This document shows positions 55,101 to 64,000 of a DNA stretch of 64,000 nucleotides, one piece after another; positions within the stretch are counted from its first letter, which is position 1; each line of letters begins with the position of its first letter. The stretch covers positions 32,001-96,000 of the IMG/VR virus record IMGVR_UViG_3300049009_000811. One strand, given 5' to 3'. Below the pieces are notes generated by a model. That model saw only the letters and a list, made by a program, of their open reading frames with translations. It was not told where the DNA came from and made no database searches. The translations under genes were made by a program, and so were the position numbers. This stretch comes from a virus (taxonomy: Duplodnaviria > Caudoviricetes).

Positions 55101-58100
55101 CGTCGACGTGGAGTCTCCGAAGGGAAGCTCGTTCATAGAGGAAACAATGAGCATGCTCAAGTCCATCAAGCCGCAGGAGATGCTGCAGCTCGGTGCGATC
55201 ATAGCGGCGATGGCTGTGGGTCTCCTGATCCTCGGCGCCGCGATAATGTTCATAGGCACAAAGATAATAAAGGCTCTCAACCTGGACTTGGCGACGGTGG
55301 CGGAGACAGCCGCCGTGATAGTCGCGATAGGCGGCGCAGCCGTCGGCATAGCGATGGCTTCCATGGAACTCATCGACATGCTCCAGGAGAACAAAAAAGC
55401 GATCAAGAAAATTTCTGATCCAAAAAAAGCCAAGGAACTCGCGAAGGTTGCCGGTTCTCTGGCTTTGATCTCGATCGCCACCGTGGCTCTCGGGGCGATG
55501 ATAGTCAAGGTGTCCGACATGATACTGAAGGGTCTTGGTCTGTCGCCAGCCAGCGTGATGGAGACGGCGATGGTCATAGCGGAACTGGGCGCAGCCACCA
55601 CCGGTATAGTATTGGCTTCCGTGGGAACCGCGATGGTTCTGGACAATATCAAAAAATATAAAATGATAAGCAATCCCATGGGTACGGTCAAAACAATAAT
55701 GAACGTCGGCAAGTCCCTGCTGATGATAACCGGCGCAATCATACTGCTCGGCGCCGCGATCATGAAGATGAGCGAGATGATACTCGGCGGGCTGAACCTC
55801 AACCCTTCAGCCATAGCAGCCACGACGGCTACGATAGTCGCCCTCGGCGTCGGCGTCGGAATCATAGCCACAGCAGTCTTGACTGCCATGGCTGGTCTCA
55901 AACTGATTGGCGGAATGCGTCAGACGATCGAACAGAACATGGATACCATGATAGATGGCGCCATCATACTTCTCCTCTTCACGCCAGCCATCATACTGTT
56001 AGGCGCTGCGATCATGAAGATGGGCGAGATGATACTCGGCGTCTTCGACCTCAACGCCGCGAAAGCTGTGGAGATATCGACCGCGGTCGTGGCTGTCCTG
56101 CTGGGTGCTGCGATAATAGCCGGGGCTGTCGGGGCTGCGATGTTCGGTCTCGCCACCATCGGAGGCATGTGGTCGATAATATCCGCGGCAATTACGCCGA
56201 TGACTATAGGAGCAGAAGTCCTTATGGTGGCGACGCCAGTCATCCTCCTCCTCGGCGCGGCGATCATGAAGATGGGCGAGATGATACTCGGCGCTTTCAG
56301 CCTCGACGCGGCAAAGGCTACGGAGATATCGACAGCGGTCGTGGCAGTCCTGATGGGCGCTGCCATCATCGCCGGAGCCGTCGGCGCCGCGATGTACGGT
56401 CTCTCCGCCCTCGGAGGCATGTGGCCGATAATATACGCGGCGCTTACGCCGATGGCTATAGGCGCAGGGATACTTCTGGTCGCCACCCCAGTCATAATCA
56501 CGTTGGGCGCGGCGATAGTCGCCATGGGTGACAAGATACTCGGGGCTTTCGACCTGACTGCCGCCAAGGCTACGGAGATATCGACCGCGGTCGTGACGGT
56601 GCTCATAAGCGCGGCGATGATAGCCGGGGCAGTCGGCGGGGCGATGTTCGGTCTCTCTGCCCTCGGAGGCATGTGGGAAATTATAAAGAGAGCCCTAAAA
56701 CCGATGGCTAAGGGAGCCATGATCCTTCTGGTCGCGACCCCGATAATACTACTGCTGGGCGCGGCGATAGTAGCCATGGGCGACAAGATACTCGGGGCTT
56801 TCGACCTGACCGCCGCCAAGGCTGCGGAAATATCAGCCGCCGTGGTGGCGGTGCTCGTGGCTGCGGCAACCATAGCCGGCGCCGTGGGAGCTGCGATGTT
56901 CGGTCTCTCCGCCCTCGGAGGCATGTGGTCGATAATAACCGGGGCGATCCCGATGATGGCTCTCGGCGCCCTTGTGCTGTTGGTCGCGACCCCGGCAATC
57001 ATCCTCCTTGGAGGCGCGATAGTCAAGATGGGAGAGAAGATACTCGGCGGCTTCGGACTCGACGCCGGGAAAGCCAAGGAGATAGGGGAGGCTGTAGCCT
57101 CGATCATAAGCAGCGCGGGCTCGATAGCCATGACCGTAGCCAAGGCTATGGTCGGTCTAGCCCTTCTCGGCACCCAGGCGGCGTTCATATGGGGATACGT
57201 CCCACTCATGTGGATCGGAGCCAAGACCCTGATGATGCTCATTCCCCCGGTGCTGTTCCTCGGGGCGGCGATAGTGAAGATGGGCGAGTTCATCCTAGGT
57301 GTCCTGAAGCTGGACGCCAACAAAGCAAAAGAGATATCGGAGGCGATCACCGCCGTCATGTCGGCTGCAGCCAGCATCACGGGATCCGTCATCAAGTCGT
57401 CGGTCATGCTGTCGATCATGGGGGCGCTGCTTCCCGTGGCGAGAGAGATAGCCTTAATGGCTCTTCTCGGCGTACTCGCCTTCTCGATACTTTCCGTGCC
57501 TCTCATCCTGTATGTCGCCGCCGTCCTCGGTTTCGTCAAGGCGGTGAGCGCGATCATGAACCCCAAGACCGCGGCGGAGATGAGCCAGGGCGTCACGGAC
57601 GTGATGACAGCCTGCAGGACCGTGACCATCGAGATCGTGAAATCAGCCGCCTTGCTCGGGGCGCTAGGGTTGTTGAGCGTTCTGGGTGTTGGGGCTATAC
57701 TTTATGCCGGTCTGATGTATCTCGGCATCGCGGCTCTATTCATACTTTCCAAGCCGATATACGATTACGTGCGCACGATCCGCGACTTCTCGAAGAAGGT
57801 GGGGTCTATAATCAACCCGAAGTTGGCGACGGAGATGGGCAAGGGCGTGACCGACGTGATGACGGCGTGCAGGGACGTGACCCTCGAGATCGTGAAAGCC
57901 GTGCCTCTCCTCATGGTTCTAGGTTCATGGGGCGGGCTGGGAGTTCTAGCCCTACTGTATGCCGGTCTGATGTATCTCGGGGTCATGACCCTGAACATAC
58001 TCTCGGTTCCGATAGAACATTACATCAGTTCGATCGTGGCTTTCTCGAAATCGGTGGGCTCGTCGTTGAACCCGAAGCTGGCGGCGAGCATGGGTCAGGG

Positions 58101-61100
58101 CGTCGCCGAGGTCATGCGGGCGGTCGCCGCGGTGACAATCGAGATCGTGAAAGCCGTGCCTCTCCTCATGGTTCTAGGTTCATGGGGCGGGTTGGGGGCT
58201 CTAGCCCTCTTGTACGCAGGTCTGATGTATATCGGGGTCATGACCCTGAACATACTCTCAGCCCCGATAGGTTATTACATCAGGTCTGTCGTGGCTTTCT
58301 CGAAATCGGTCGGCTCTTCGTTGAACCCGAAACAAGCCGCGGAGATGGGTCAGGGAGTCGCCGAGGTGATGCGGGCGGTCGCCGCTGTCACCGCGGAGAT
58401 CGTGAAGGCTGTGCCTCTCCTCATGGGTCTCGCCTCGTTCGGCGGGTTGGGAGCCATGGCTCTCCTGTACGCCGGTCTGATGTATCTCGGGGTGATGACA
58501 CTTAACATCCTCTCCGCCCCGATAAAGGAATACATCGACTCCGTCGTCAGCTTCTCCAAGTCCGTGGGCGGCAAGCTGAACCCGAGGATGGCTGCCAGCA
58601 TGGCCAGCGGCGTCGCCGAGGTCATGCGCGCGTGCAGCCTGGTGGCGGTCGAGATCGTCAAGAGCGCGCACATGCTCACGGCTCTCTCCGTGCTGTACAT
58701 GTTCTCCGGGATCATGTCGAGCCTTATGGGCTACGGCACCGAAGCCCTGAAGGTGATGACCCCTCCGATAATGACGTTCCTGGACGAGATAGTGTCGATG
58801 TCGAAAAACCTTCAGAAGAAGGTAAGCATAAAAGAGGCTGCGAAACTCGCGTACCTCATGAAGATGATCGGCGACCTTGTCCGTTCGGTGGCGAGCGTGG
58901 TGAACGACCTCTACAAGAACATACTACCGCTGATGAAGGTCGGCTGGATAAGCGACTCCATAGTGGTCCAGCTCGAGAAGGCGATGCCGATGTTCCAGGC
59001 GTTCTTCGCGAAGGTCGCAGATTTCGTGAAGGTTGGCATAGTCGACGCCGTGAGGTCGCAGTTCTCCAACATGAAAGACCTGAGGGACGCGGCGAAGAAG
59101 ATAGACGCGATGGCTCAGATACTGAGGCTCGTGGCTCCGGTGATGAAGATAATGTCCGAGAACATCGCCCCGATGACCCAGCCCGGATTCTTCTCCGCCT
59201 CGCCGGTCGACAAGATATCGAAGGGCATGGTCAAGATGGACGGCTTCTTCAGGTCGGTAGCCGAGTTCGTCAGCGACGGCATCATCAAGCCGGTAATGGA
59301 AAAAATGTCGGACAGCAAGGAACTCAAGGAGGTCGCGAGACGGCTGGCGGCTCTGTCCGTCATCCTCCAGAGCACGGCGACCATGATAGAGGCTACAGCC
59401 AAGGTCATAGGGTTCATGGACCCGACGTCGTTCTTCTCGGACGCCCCGATGGAGAAGATCATGAAGAACAAGGGCAAGTTCAGGACGTGGTTCAACTCCA
59501 TAGTCGTACTGATAAAGGACGGCATAATAGCCCCCGTAGCCCTGATCGGCGACTCCAAGGTGCTGAAGGACACGGCGATGAAGCTGTGCCAGATGTCGTC
59601 GATAATGAAGAGCGTGGTCAGCGTGATAGAGAGCGTCGCCAAGGCGATAGGCATGATGGACCCGAAATACATATTCTTCGATTCCCCGGTCGACAAGATC
59701 ATGAAGAACAAGGACAAGTTCAAGGAGTCTTTCATAGCGATATCGAAGTTCATCAACGATGGCATAGTAAAGCCGGTGGTCTCGGAGTTCGGGGACGCCA
59801 GGGAGATCACGGTTGCCTCAGTGATACTGAAGGCTATGGCGAAGGCGATCTGGGCTGTGCCGAGGGTCATAACCGGTCTGGCGGCTGCGATAAGCCTCAT
59901 GACCGATTCCAAGAGCTTCTTCAAGGACACCCCCGTCGACAGCATCATGAAGAACAAGGACCAGTTCGGGATTTACTTCAAGTCGATAGCGAAGTTCCTC
60001 AAGGAAGGCATCGTGGACCCAATCCTGGACGAGATGGGCGACGCGAAGGACATACAGACCGCAGCGAAGATACTGAAAGCCATGAACAAGGTCATAACGT
60101 ACATACCGAAGGTCATACTCGGCGTCTCCGAGGGTCTGATGCCCCTGATGCTCGGCGGGAAGAGGCTGGAGAAGGACACGCCGTTCGAGACCATACTGGA
60201 CAACAAGGACCAGTTCGCGACATACTTCAGGACGATAGCGAAGTTCCTCAAGGAGGGAATCGTGAACCCCATCCTGGAAGAACTCGGCGACGGCAAGGAC
60301 ATACAGTCCGCGGCGAAGACCCTGAGATCCATGAGCAAGGTCATAAATTACATACCGAAGGTCATAAGGGGAGTTTCGGAAGGTCTGATGCCGTTGATGA
60401 TGTCCAAGGACCTGACGAAGGACTCGCCGATGGAAAAGATCATGGAGAACAAGGCGGAATTCGAGACGTACTTCAGGTCGATAGCGAAGTTCCTCAAGGA
60501 AGGCATCGTGAACCCCATCCTGGACGAGATGGGCGACGGCAAGGAGATACAGTCCGCCGGGAAGACACTGAGGGCTATGAGCTCGATAGTCAGGATCATA
60601 CCGTTGCTCATCAGCAGGCTGTCGAAGGCTTTCGGTCTTATGAAGCCGGAGGACTGCATAAAGGACTCGCCGATAGCGGCGCTGTCCAAGCACGCCTCCG
60701 AGTTCGCTGGGTGGTTCTACGAGGTCGCCACGTTCATGAGGCACGGGATAGTCGAGCCGTTGCTCGAGGGAGCGGTGTCGCCGGAGGAGATAGTCTCCGC
60801 CAGCGAAGCCATAGACAACATCGCTGTCAACATAGAGAACGTTCCGGGATTCGTGTCGAGGCTTTCAACGGCGATATCCGGTCTCATGAACTCGGAATAC
60901 TTCGACTACAAGATATTCAAGAACGCAAAGCTGGTCGGCGACTGGTTCGGCGGCATAGCAAGGAGCCTGCTTGACGGGTTCATATACCCGATCAGGGAGA
61001 TGCCCGACTCGACGGAGATGGAGGAACTCAAGAACCGCCTGTATGTCATATCGGACATAATACCCGCGGTGCAGGAGGTCATAGGTCAGCTGGTGGCGAA

Positions 61101-63873
61101 CATAGCCCCTCTCGTGACGAACAACAGCTGGTTCTCGGCGTTGCCGATATCGATGCTGGAGAAGCAGACGAGGGTCTTCGGGGATTACTGGATGGGGATA
61201 TCCGAATTCATCAACCTCGGGATCGTGCAGCCAATAATCATGAACCTGCCGGAATCCAGGGTGCTGTCGGAAGCCAACGACCGAATAGTCGGGGTCTCAA
61301 AAATACTGGCAGTGGTCAACGAGGTCGTGGGCTATCTCATGTCGACCATAACCCCGCTCGTCTCGAGCAAGGGCTGGTTCTCCGATTTGCCGATAGTACA
61401 GCTAGAGAAGCAGACCAAGGTTTTCGCCGAGTACTGGAAGCAGATATCGAGATTCCTCAACGAAGGCATCATAAATCCGATCATGAAAAACCTCCCCAAC
61501 TCCGCGGTCCTCCAGGAAGCCAACGACAGGATATCCATGACGGTAAGGATCATCGGCAACGTGGTTAACGTCATAAAGAAATTCTCCTCCAGCATCTCGC
61601 CGATGATGAAAGGCGGCTTCATCAACAATTCAGAGATAGCGAACGTGCAGAAAGCCACGAAGGATTTCGGAACATACTGGAACAACATAACGGTGTTCCT
61701 GAACAACGGACTGATCAACCCCATACTCAACAACCTCCCAGATTCGTCCGAACTCAAAGAGGTTCTCTCGAGAACGGAATTGCTTTCCGACGTAATTGAA
61801 AGTGTCAGGACTTCCATGCTGACATTCATGGAAGTGCTTGCCCCAATGATGGAAGGCGGCATTTCTTCCCCGATATCTGAAATCCAGAAATCCACCGAGG
61901 AGTTTGGCGGAAGCTTCAAAGCCATCGCCACATTCTTAAGGGATGGATTGATAAATCCGATATTGGAAAACATTCCGAACTCAACAGAACTTCAAGAGGC
62001 GTTGCTGAGAATAGAATTGGTCACAGAGATGATCGTCGCAATAAAAACGGCAATGAGCACCTTGTCCGACTCTATCTCGAGTGTTTCGGGAATGGATCTT
62101 GGATCTATGAATATTGGAGATATAGCTCTCCTTTCCGGGATGTCAAACAGCGTCAAGCCAAAAATTGGCGGTGGCGGAGTTTCTGGTGGTGGATCTATGG
62201 GCAGCGGCGTTTCTGGCGGCGATGCCGTGAAACCGGAAAAATCCTCGTCGAAAGATTTATCCGGCGCGTTGTCGAAAAGCAAACCTGCGGGCGTTTCTGG
62301 CGATGCCGTGAAACCGGAAAAATCCTCGTCGAAAGATTTGTCCGGCGCGTTGTCGGAAAGCAAACCTGCAGCAGGAGCAACAAGCCTTATCGGTGATGGC
62401 TTGTCATTGATTGGTTCCGCAATCGGCGGCGTTGCCAGCGGAGCAGCAAGCATTGTTACTGGAGGCTTGTCATTGATTGGTTCCGCAATCGGCGGCGTTG
62501 CAAGCCTTGCGAAAAACATTGTCGGCGGAGGCTTGTCACTGGTTGGTTCCGCAATCGGTGGCGTGGCAAGCCTTGCGAAAAACATTGTCGGCGGAGGCTT
62601 GTCACTGGTTGGTTCCGCAATCGGTGGCGTTGCAAGCCTTGCGAAAAACATTGTCGGCGGAGGCTTGTCACTGGTTGGTTCCGCAATCGGCGGCGTTGCA
62701 AGCCTTGCGAAAAACATTGTCGGCGGAGGCTTGTCATTAGTTGGCTCCGCAATAAGTGGCGTGGCAAGTGGTGCGGCAAGTATTGTTACTGGTGGTATAT
62801 CAGCAGTTGGCTCCGCAATAAGTGGCGTGGCAAGTGGTGCGGCAAGTATTGTTACTGGTGGTATATCTTCAATTTGGGGTGGCATTAAAAGTGTTGGCTC
62901 TGCAATAGGCAACGTCGCAAGTGGAGCAGCAAGTCTTGTTACTGGTGGCATATCAGCAGTTGGTTCCGCGATAAGTGGAACTGCAAGTCTTGCGAAAAAC
63001 ATTGTCGGTGGTGGCTTGTCACTGGTTGGTTCCGCAATAAGTGGAACTGCAAGTCTTGCGAAAAACATTGTCGGTGGTGGCTTGTCACTGGTTGGTTCCG
63101 CAATAAGTGGAACTGCAAGTCTTGCGAAAAACATTGTCGGTGGCGGCATATCATTGGTTGGCTCCGCAATCGGCGGCGTTGCAAGTGGCGCGGCAAGTCT
63201 TGTTACTGGTGGCATATCTTCAATTTGGGGTGGCATTAAAAGTGTTGGTTCTGCAATAGGCAGCGTTGCAAGTGGAGCCGCAAGTCTTGTCACTGGTGGC
63301 ATATCAGCAGTCGGCTCCGCAATCGGCGGCGTTGCAAGTGGAGCGGCAAGTCTTGTCACTGGTGGCATATCAGCAGTCGGCTCCGCAATCGGCGGCGTTG
63401 CAAGTGGAGCAAAAAGCATTGTTGGTGACAGCTTATCATCAGTTGGCTCCGCAATCGGCGGTGCCGGGTCCGCACTGTGGTCAGGAGTAGAAAAAATGGG
63501 ATCTTCCGTTTGTTGCGCGGATCAGGTCGCGGCGGTGCCACCGATGAAAGAGTCGATGAGGGAAAAGGTCGGCAAGGATGTCGTGACTTCCGAGCCTAGC
63601 AACACCAACGTGTCCTCGCCGGAACTGAGCGAGATGAAGGACGAGACCTGCGAGCAGACGAAGATGCAGGAGGAAATGGTCAAGCTACTTACTAGCTTAT
63701 TGAAGGTGTTCACGCAGCCAGCTAAAAGCGGGGAAGGCGGCGCGGCTCAACTTGACACCTCGGTCAGGAAAACGGGCTCGAAACCAGCCAAAGACGCGAA
63801 ATGGCCGTACGGATCACATAGCGCGACAGCCGGCAAGCAGATAACGAACATGGGCTCAAGCTCACCTAGATAA
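52120..63873 (+). CDS. tail tape measure protein (3917 aa)
   Basis: Very long, helical, Ala/Gly-rich; about 80-aa internal repeats and 11/22-aa C-terminal repeats; next to the gp2-like gene. Confidence 0.8.
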   Translation: MAQISDNLGRVVAAQNTANMTLEQIRDMLGTKLKSPVGEAKSFGKEKSADPALQKISDMFTQYVKDFKADVDDRKTYIDDMKKVLEEIRDKKEQTGKEKKDSTAEAADLSFMEQFAKMAMSATSIYTKDEDARKSLTEISTTLKTMQQSSSTKVESAVSSMVEIKGMDNLEKMALRGMKPGSIYTNDAGVRKVLRKISSTLNKVAEKMGVVSDVEKSIKPPKDPKPPKPPKPPGGKNPSEHLDDIVGKPPVEPKEKKTEKKRDQKFDPYAAKRWADKTEEIISQGLMGIKLTDYISFESLLVQERKLVQETRKIAYEINGATKGSKALTESFDAMGKTSAMTGKTRDEFQKLYVDNLKKGIREAKTAQKITVAQLNTEEQLGMEAQALGDTFSDMNLKLKMNSSQVAEVGRGMREVARNTGMTGKELAGVITSSATFVNNMRKAGTLTTASYKNIVELQANLKKVGEEGGGMMDALSSTNKLLAADSKMFNLLAISASRAGLTTELLNGSITKSKDSLKGMAGGFKSIANQFGIAGETAEEMRKNLEELDDATKRNINISLESALGVEAGQLISQFEAISNSSKTLADKLSDLNAKKKTNITLDEKAGIAEEERKLRLGKSLEVLTALDKAASSATNMGDALQSFSKKRSEFEGDLNALGVAWTSETDVARKAIEGSLQGVNKQLKDAGKKELKIDASQIEKALKDPAAIRELTAQITKAEQEASTASKAQLDPASASAQSLKEINDSIRNLVGGGLSAVFSSAFGGMLATLGLVVSFGAMAVSWLSGIYSYLRSGDQLNNFIQAYEMSGQRKLEETTSKSTQNLNKEATTEGSIYTHDSHSEKILNEILAALRAGKSQAGAGAGTGGGGGFNVTKFDPLKSEHHDLGMSAAKKKDGQLRAAGKSGMSDEAMKKMAAGIAAKKESAIQGGAVGFRDQKKLAAKTGGGEKFNKALERAEENHTKRRIKFQRQEMAHDMRRIKGEKKCDPCPDTKDVDVESPKGSSFIEETMSMLKSIKPQEMLQLGAIIAAMAVGLLILGAAIMFIGTKIIKALNLDLATVAETAAVIVAIGGAAVGIAMASMELIDMLQENKKAIKKISDPKKAKELAKVAGSLALISIATVALGAMIVKVSDMILKGLGLSPASVMETAMVIAELGAATTGIVLASVGTAMVLDNIKKYKMISNPMGTVKTIMNVGKSLLMITGAIILLGAAIMKMSEMILGGLNLNPSAIAATTATIVALGVGVGIIATAVLTAMAGLKLIGGMRQTIEQNMDTMIDGAIILLLFTPAIILLGAAIMKMGEMILGVFDLNAAKAVEISTAVVAVLLGAAIIAGAVGAAMFGLATIGGMWSIISAAITPMTIGAEVLMVATPVILLLGAAIMKMGEMILGAFSLDAAKATEISTAVVAVLMGAAIIAGAVGAAMYGLSALGGMWPIIYAALTPMAIGAGILLVATPVIITLGAAIVAMGDKILGAFDLTAAKATEISTAVVTVLISAAMIAGAVGGAMFGLSALGGMWEIIKRALKPMAKGAMILLVATPIILLLGAAIVAMGDKILGAFDLTAAKAAEISAAVVAVLVAAATIAGAVGAAMFGLSALGGMWSIITGAIPMMALGALVLLVATPAIILLGGAIVKMGEKILGGFGLDAGKAKEIGEAVASIISSAGSIAMTVAKAMVGLALLGTQAAFIWGYVPLMWIGAKTLMMLIPPVLFLGAAIVKMGEFILGVLKLDANKAKEISEAITAVMSAAASITGSVIKSSVMLSIMGALLPVAREIALMALLGVLAFSILSVPLILYVAAVLGFVKAVSAIMNPKTAAEMSQGVTDVMTACRTVTIEIVKSAALLGALGLLSVLGVGAILYAGLMYLGIAALFILSKPIYDYVRTIRDFSKKVGSIINPKLATEMGKGVTDVMTACRDVTLEIVKAVPLLMVLGSWGGLGVLALLYAGLMYLGVMTLNILSVPIEHYISSIVAFSKSVGSSLNPKLAASMGQGVAEVMRAVAAVTIEIVKAVPLLMVLGSWGGLGALALLYAGLMYIGVMTLNILSAPIGYYIRSVVAFSKSVGSSLNPKQAAEMGQGVAEVMRAVAAVTAEIVKAVPLLMGLASFGGLGAMALLYAGLMYLGVMTLNILSAPIKEYIDSVVSFSKSVGGKLNPRMAASMASGVAEVMRACSLVAVEIVKSAHMLTALSVLYMFSGIMSSLMGYGTEALKVMTPPIMTFLDEIVSMSKNLQKKVSIKEAAKLAYLMKMIGDLVRSVASVVNDLYKNILPLMKVGWISDSIVVQLEKAMPMFQAFFAKVADFVKVGIVDAVRSQFSNMKDLRDAAKKIDAMAQILRLVAPVMKIMSENIAPMTQPGFFSASPVDKISKGMVKMDGFFRSVAEFVSDGIIKPVMEKMSDSKELKEVARRLAALSVILQSTATMIEATAKVIGFMDPTSFFSDAPMEKIMKNKGKFRTWFNSIVVLIKDGIIAPVALIGDSKVLKDTAMKLCQMSSIMKSVVSVIESVAKAIGMMDPKYIFFDSPVDKIMKNKDKFKESFIAISKFINDGIVKPVVSEFGDAREITVASVILKAMAKAIWAVPRVITGLAAAISLMTDSKSFFKDTPVDSIMKNKDQFGIYFKSIAKFLKEGIVDPILDEMGDAKDIQTAAKILKAMNKVITYIPKVILGVSEGLMPLMLGGKRLEKDTPFETILDNKDQFATYFRTIAKFLKEGIVNPILEELGDGKDIQSAAKTLRSMSKVINYIPKVIRGVSEGLMPLMMSKDLTKDSPMEKIMENKAEFETYFRSIAKFLKEGIVNPILDEMGDGKEIQSAGKTLRAMSSIVRIIPLLISRLSKAFGLMKPEDCIKDSPIAALSKHASEFAGWFYEVATFMRHGIVEPLLEGAVSPEEIVSASEAIDNIAVNIENVPGFVSRLSTAISGLMNSEYFDYKIFKNAKLVGDWFGGIARSLLDGFIYPIREMPDSTEMEELKNRLYVISDIIPAVQEVIGQLVANIAPLVTNNSWFSALPISMLEKQTRVFGDYWMGISEFINLGIVQPIIMNLPESRVLSEANDRIVGVSKILAVVNEVVGYLMSTITPLVSSKGWFSDLPIVQLEKQTKVFAEYWKQISRFLNEGIINPIMKNLPNSAVLQEANDRISMTVRIIGNVVNVIKKFSSSISPMMKGGFINNSEIANVQKATKDFGTYWNNITVFLNNGLINPILNNLPDSSELKEVLSRTELLSDVIESVRTSMLTFMEVLAPMMEGGISSPISEIQKSTEEFGGSFKAIATFLRDGLINPILENIPNSTELQEALLRIELVTEMIVAIKTAMSTLSDSISSVSGMDLGSMNIGDIALLSGMSNSVKPKIGGGGVSGGGSMGSGVSGGDAVKPEKSSSKDLSGALSKSKPAGVSGDAVKPEKSSSKDLSGALSESKPAAGATSLIGDGLSLIGSAIGGVASGAASIVTGGLSLIGSAIGGVASLAKNIVGGGLSLVGSAIGGVASLAKNIVGGGLSLVGSAIGGVASLAKNIVGGGLSLVGSAIGGVASLAKNIVGGGLSLVGSAISGVASGAASIVTGGISAVGSAISGVASGAASIVTGGISSIWGGIKSVGSAIGNVASGAASLVTGGISAVGSAISGTASLAKNIVGGGLSLVGSAISGTASLAKNIVGGGLSLVGSAISGTASLAKNIVGGGISLVGSAIGGVASGAASLVTGGISSIWGGIKSVGSAIGSVASGAASLVTGGISAVGSAIGGVASGAASLVTGGISAVGSAIGGVASGAKSIVGDSLSSVGSAIGGAGSALWSGVEKMGSSVCCADQVAAVPPMKESMREKVGKDVVTSEPSNTNVSSPELSEMKDETCEQTKMQEEMVKLLTSLLKVFTQPAKSGEGGAAQLDTSVRKTGSKPAKDAKWPYGSHSATAGKQITNMGSSSPR
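62390..63460 (+). repeat. 66-bp (22-aa) tandem repeats in the tape measure C-terminus
   Basis: VGGGLSLVGSAIGGVASLAKNI-type units; an 81-bp duplication at about 62220-62370 precedes them. Confidence 0.9.
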
Positions 63874-63884
63874 GGGGTTTTGAA

Positions 63885-64000
63885 ATGAAGGCGACAGACA
63901 GAACAGGAAAGTTGGTCCCGATGAGCGATTGCTACATAGAGAGCGACCTTGATGGCAAAAACCTGTACAGCACGAACAGCGGTAAGCTCGTCATGGACAA
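63885..64000 (+). CDS. partial ORF (MKATDRTG...), probably tail or baseplate
   Basis: AAGGGG RBS after the tape measure stop; runs off the window. Confidence 0.55.
   Translation, partial: MKATDRTGKLVPMSDCYIESDLDGKNLYSTNSGKLVMD

Noticed and set aside
56925-60974. Long Arg/Gly-rich alternative-frame ORFs inside the tape measure gene
   Set aside because: Typical off-frame reading of GC-rich codons; no independent signals.
35-63873. Genome-wide stop-codon reassignment
   Set aside because: TAA, TAG and TGA all end well-bounded genes and coding density is high in the standard code; only one in-frame TGA (38760) stands out.

Overview
This 64 kb window looks like part of a large (jumbo/huge) T4-like tailed phage genome. 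The evidence is a 3917-aa tape-measure-like protein, a T4 gp2-like DNA end protector, T4-like late-promoter boxes, and auxiliary genes (ClpP, IscA/HesB, tRNA-Glu, a CCA-enzyme-like protein, glycan-modification enzymes). It has three zones. (1) About 1-20.5 kb is an array of roughly 45 small genes arranged as self-contained cassettes. Most cassettes are headed by a conserved 32-bp promoter-like element (motif A, AGCCGTTC-N11-GG(A/C)ACCC plus a -10-like hexamer; 36 copies counted by eye, one an outlier at about 51 kb). Many end in an intrinsic terminator followed by a second conserved 20-bp element (motif B, CCGGTGTACTGACCTCCGGA; 15 copies). Exact duplications, orientation flips and chimeric genes suggest shuffling at these elements. 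(2) About 20.9-51.5 kb holds late and auxiliary genes. These include a modular C5-DNA-methyltransferase cluster (two full enzymes with tandem TRD-like modules and nested alternative-frame ORFs, plus three stand-alone C-terminal modules), a secreted protein with an in-frame UGA followed by a SECIS-like hairpin, a CCA-enzyme homolog lacking its catalytic aspartates, an HTH-RNAP alpha-CTD fusion, and several proteins with T4-like capsid-targeting N-termini. (3) About 51.5-64 kb is structural. All functional calls come from recognising motifs by eye; no database searches were run.
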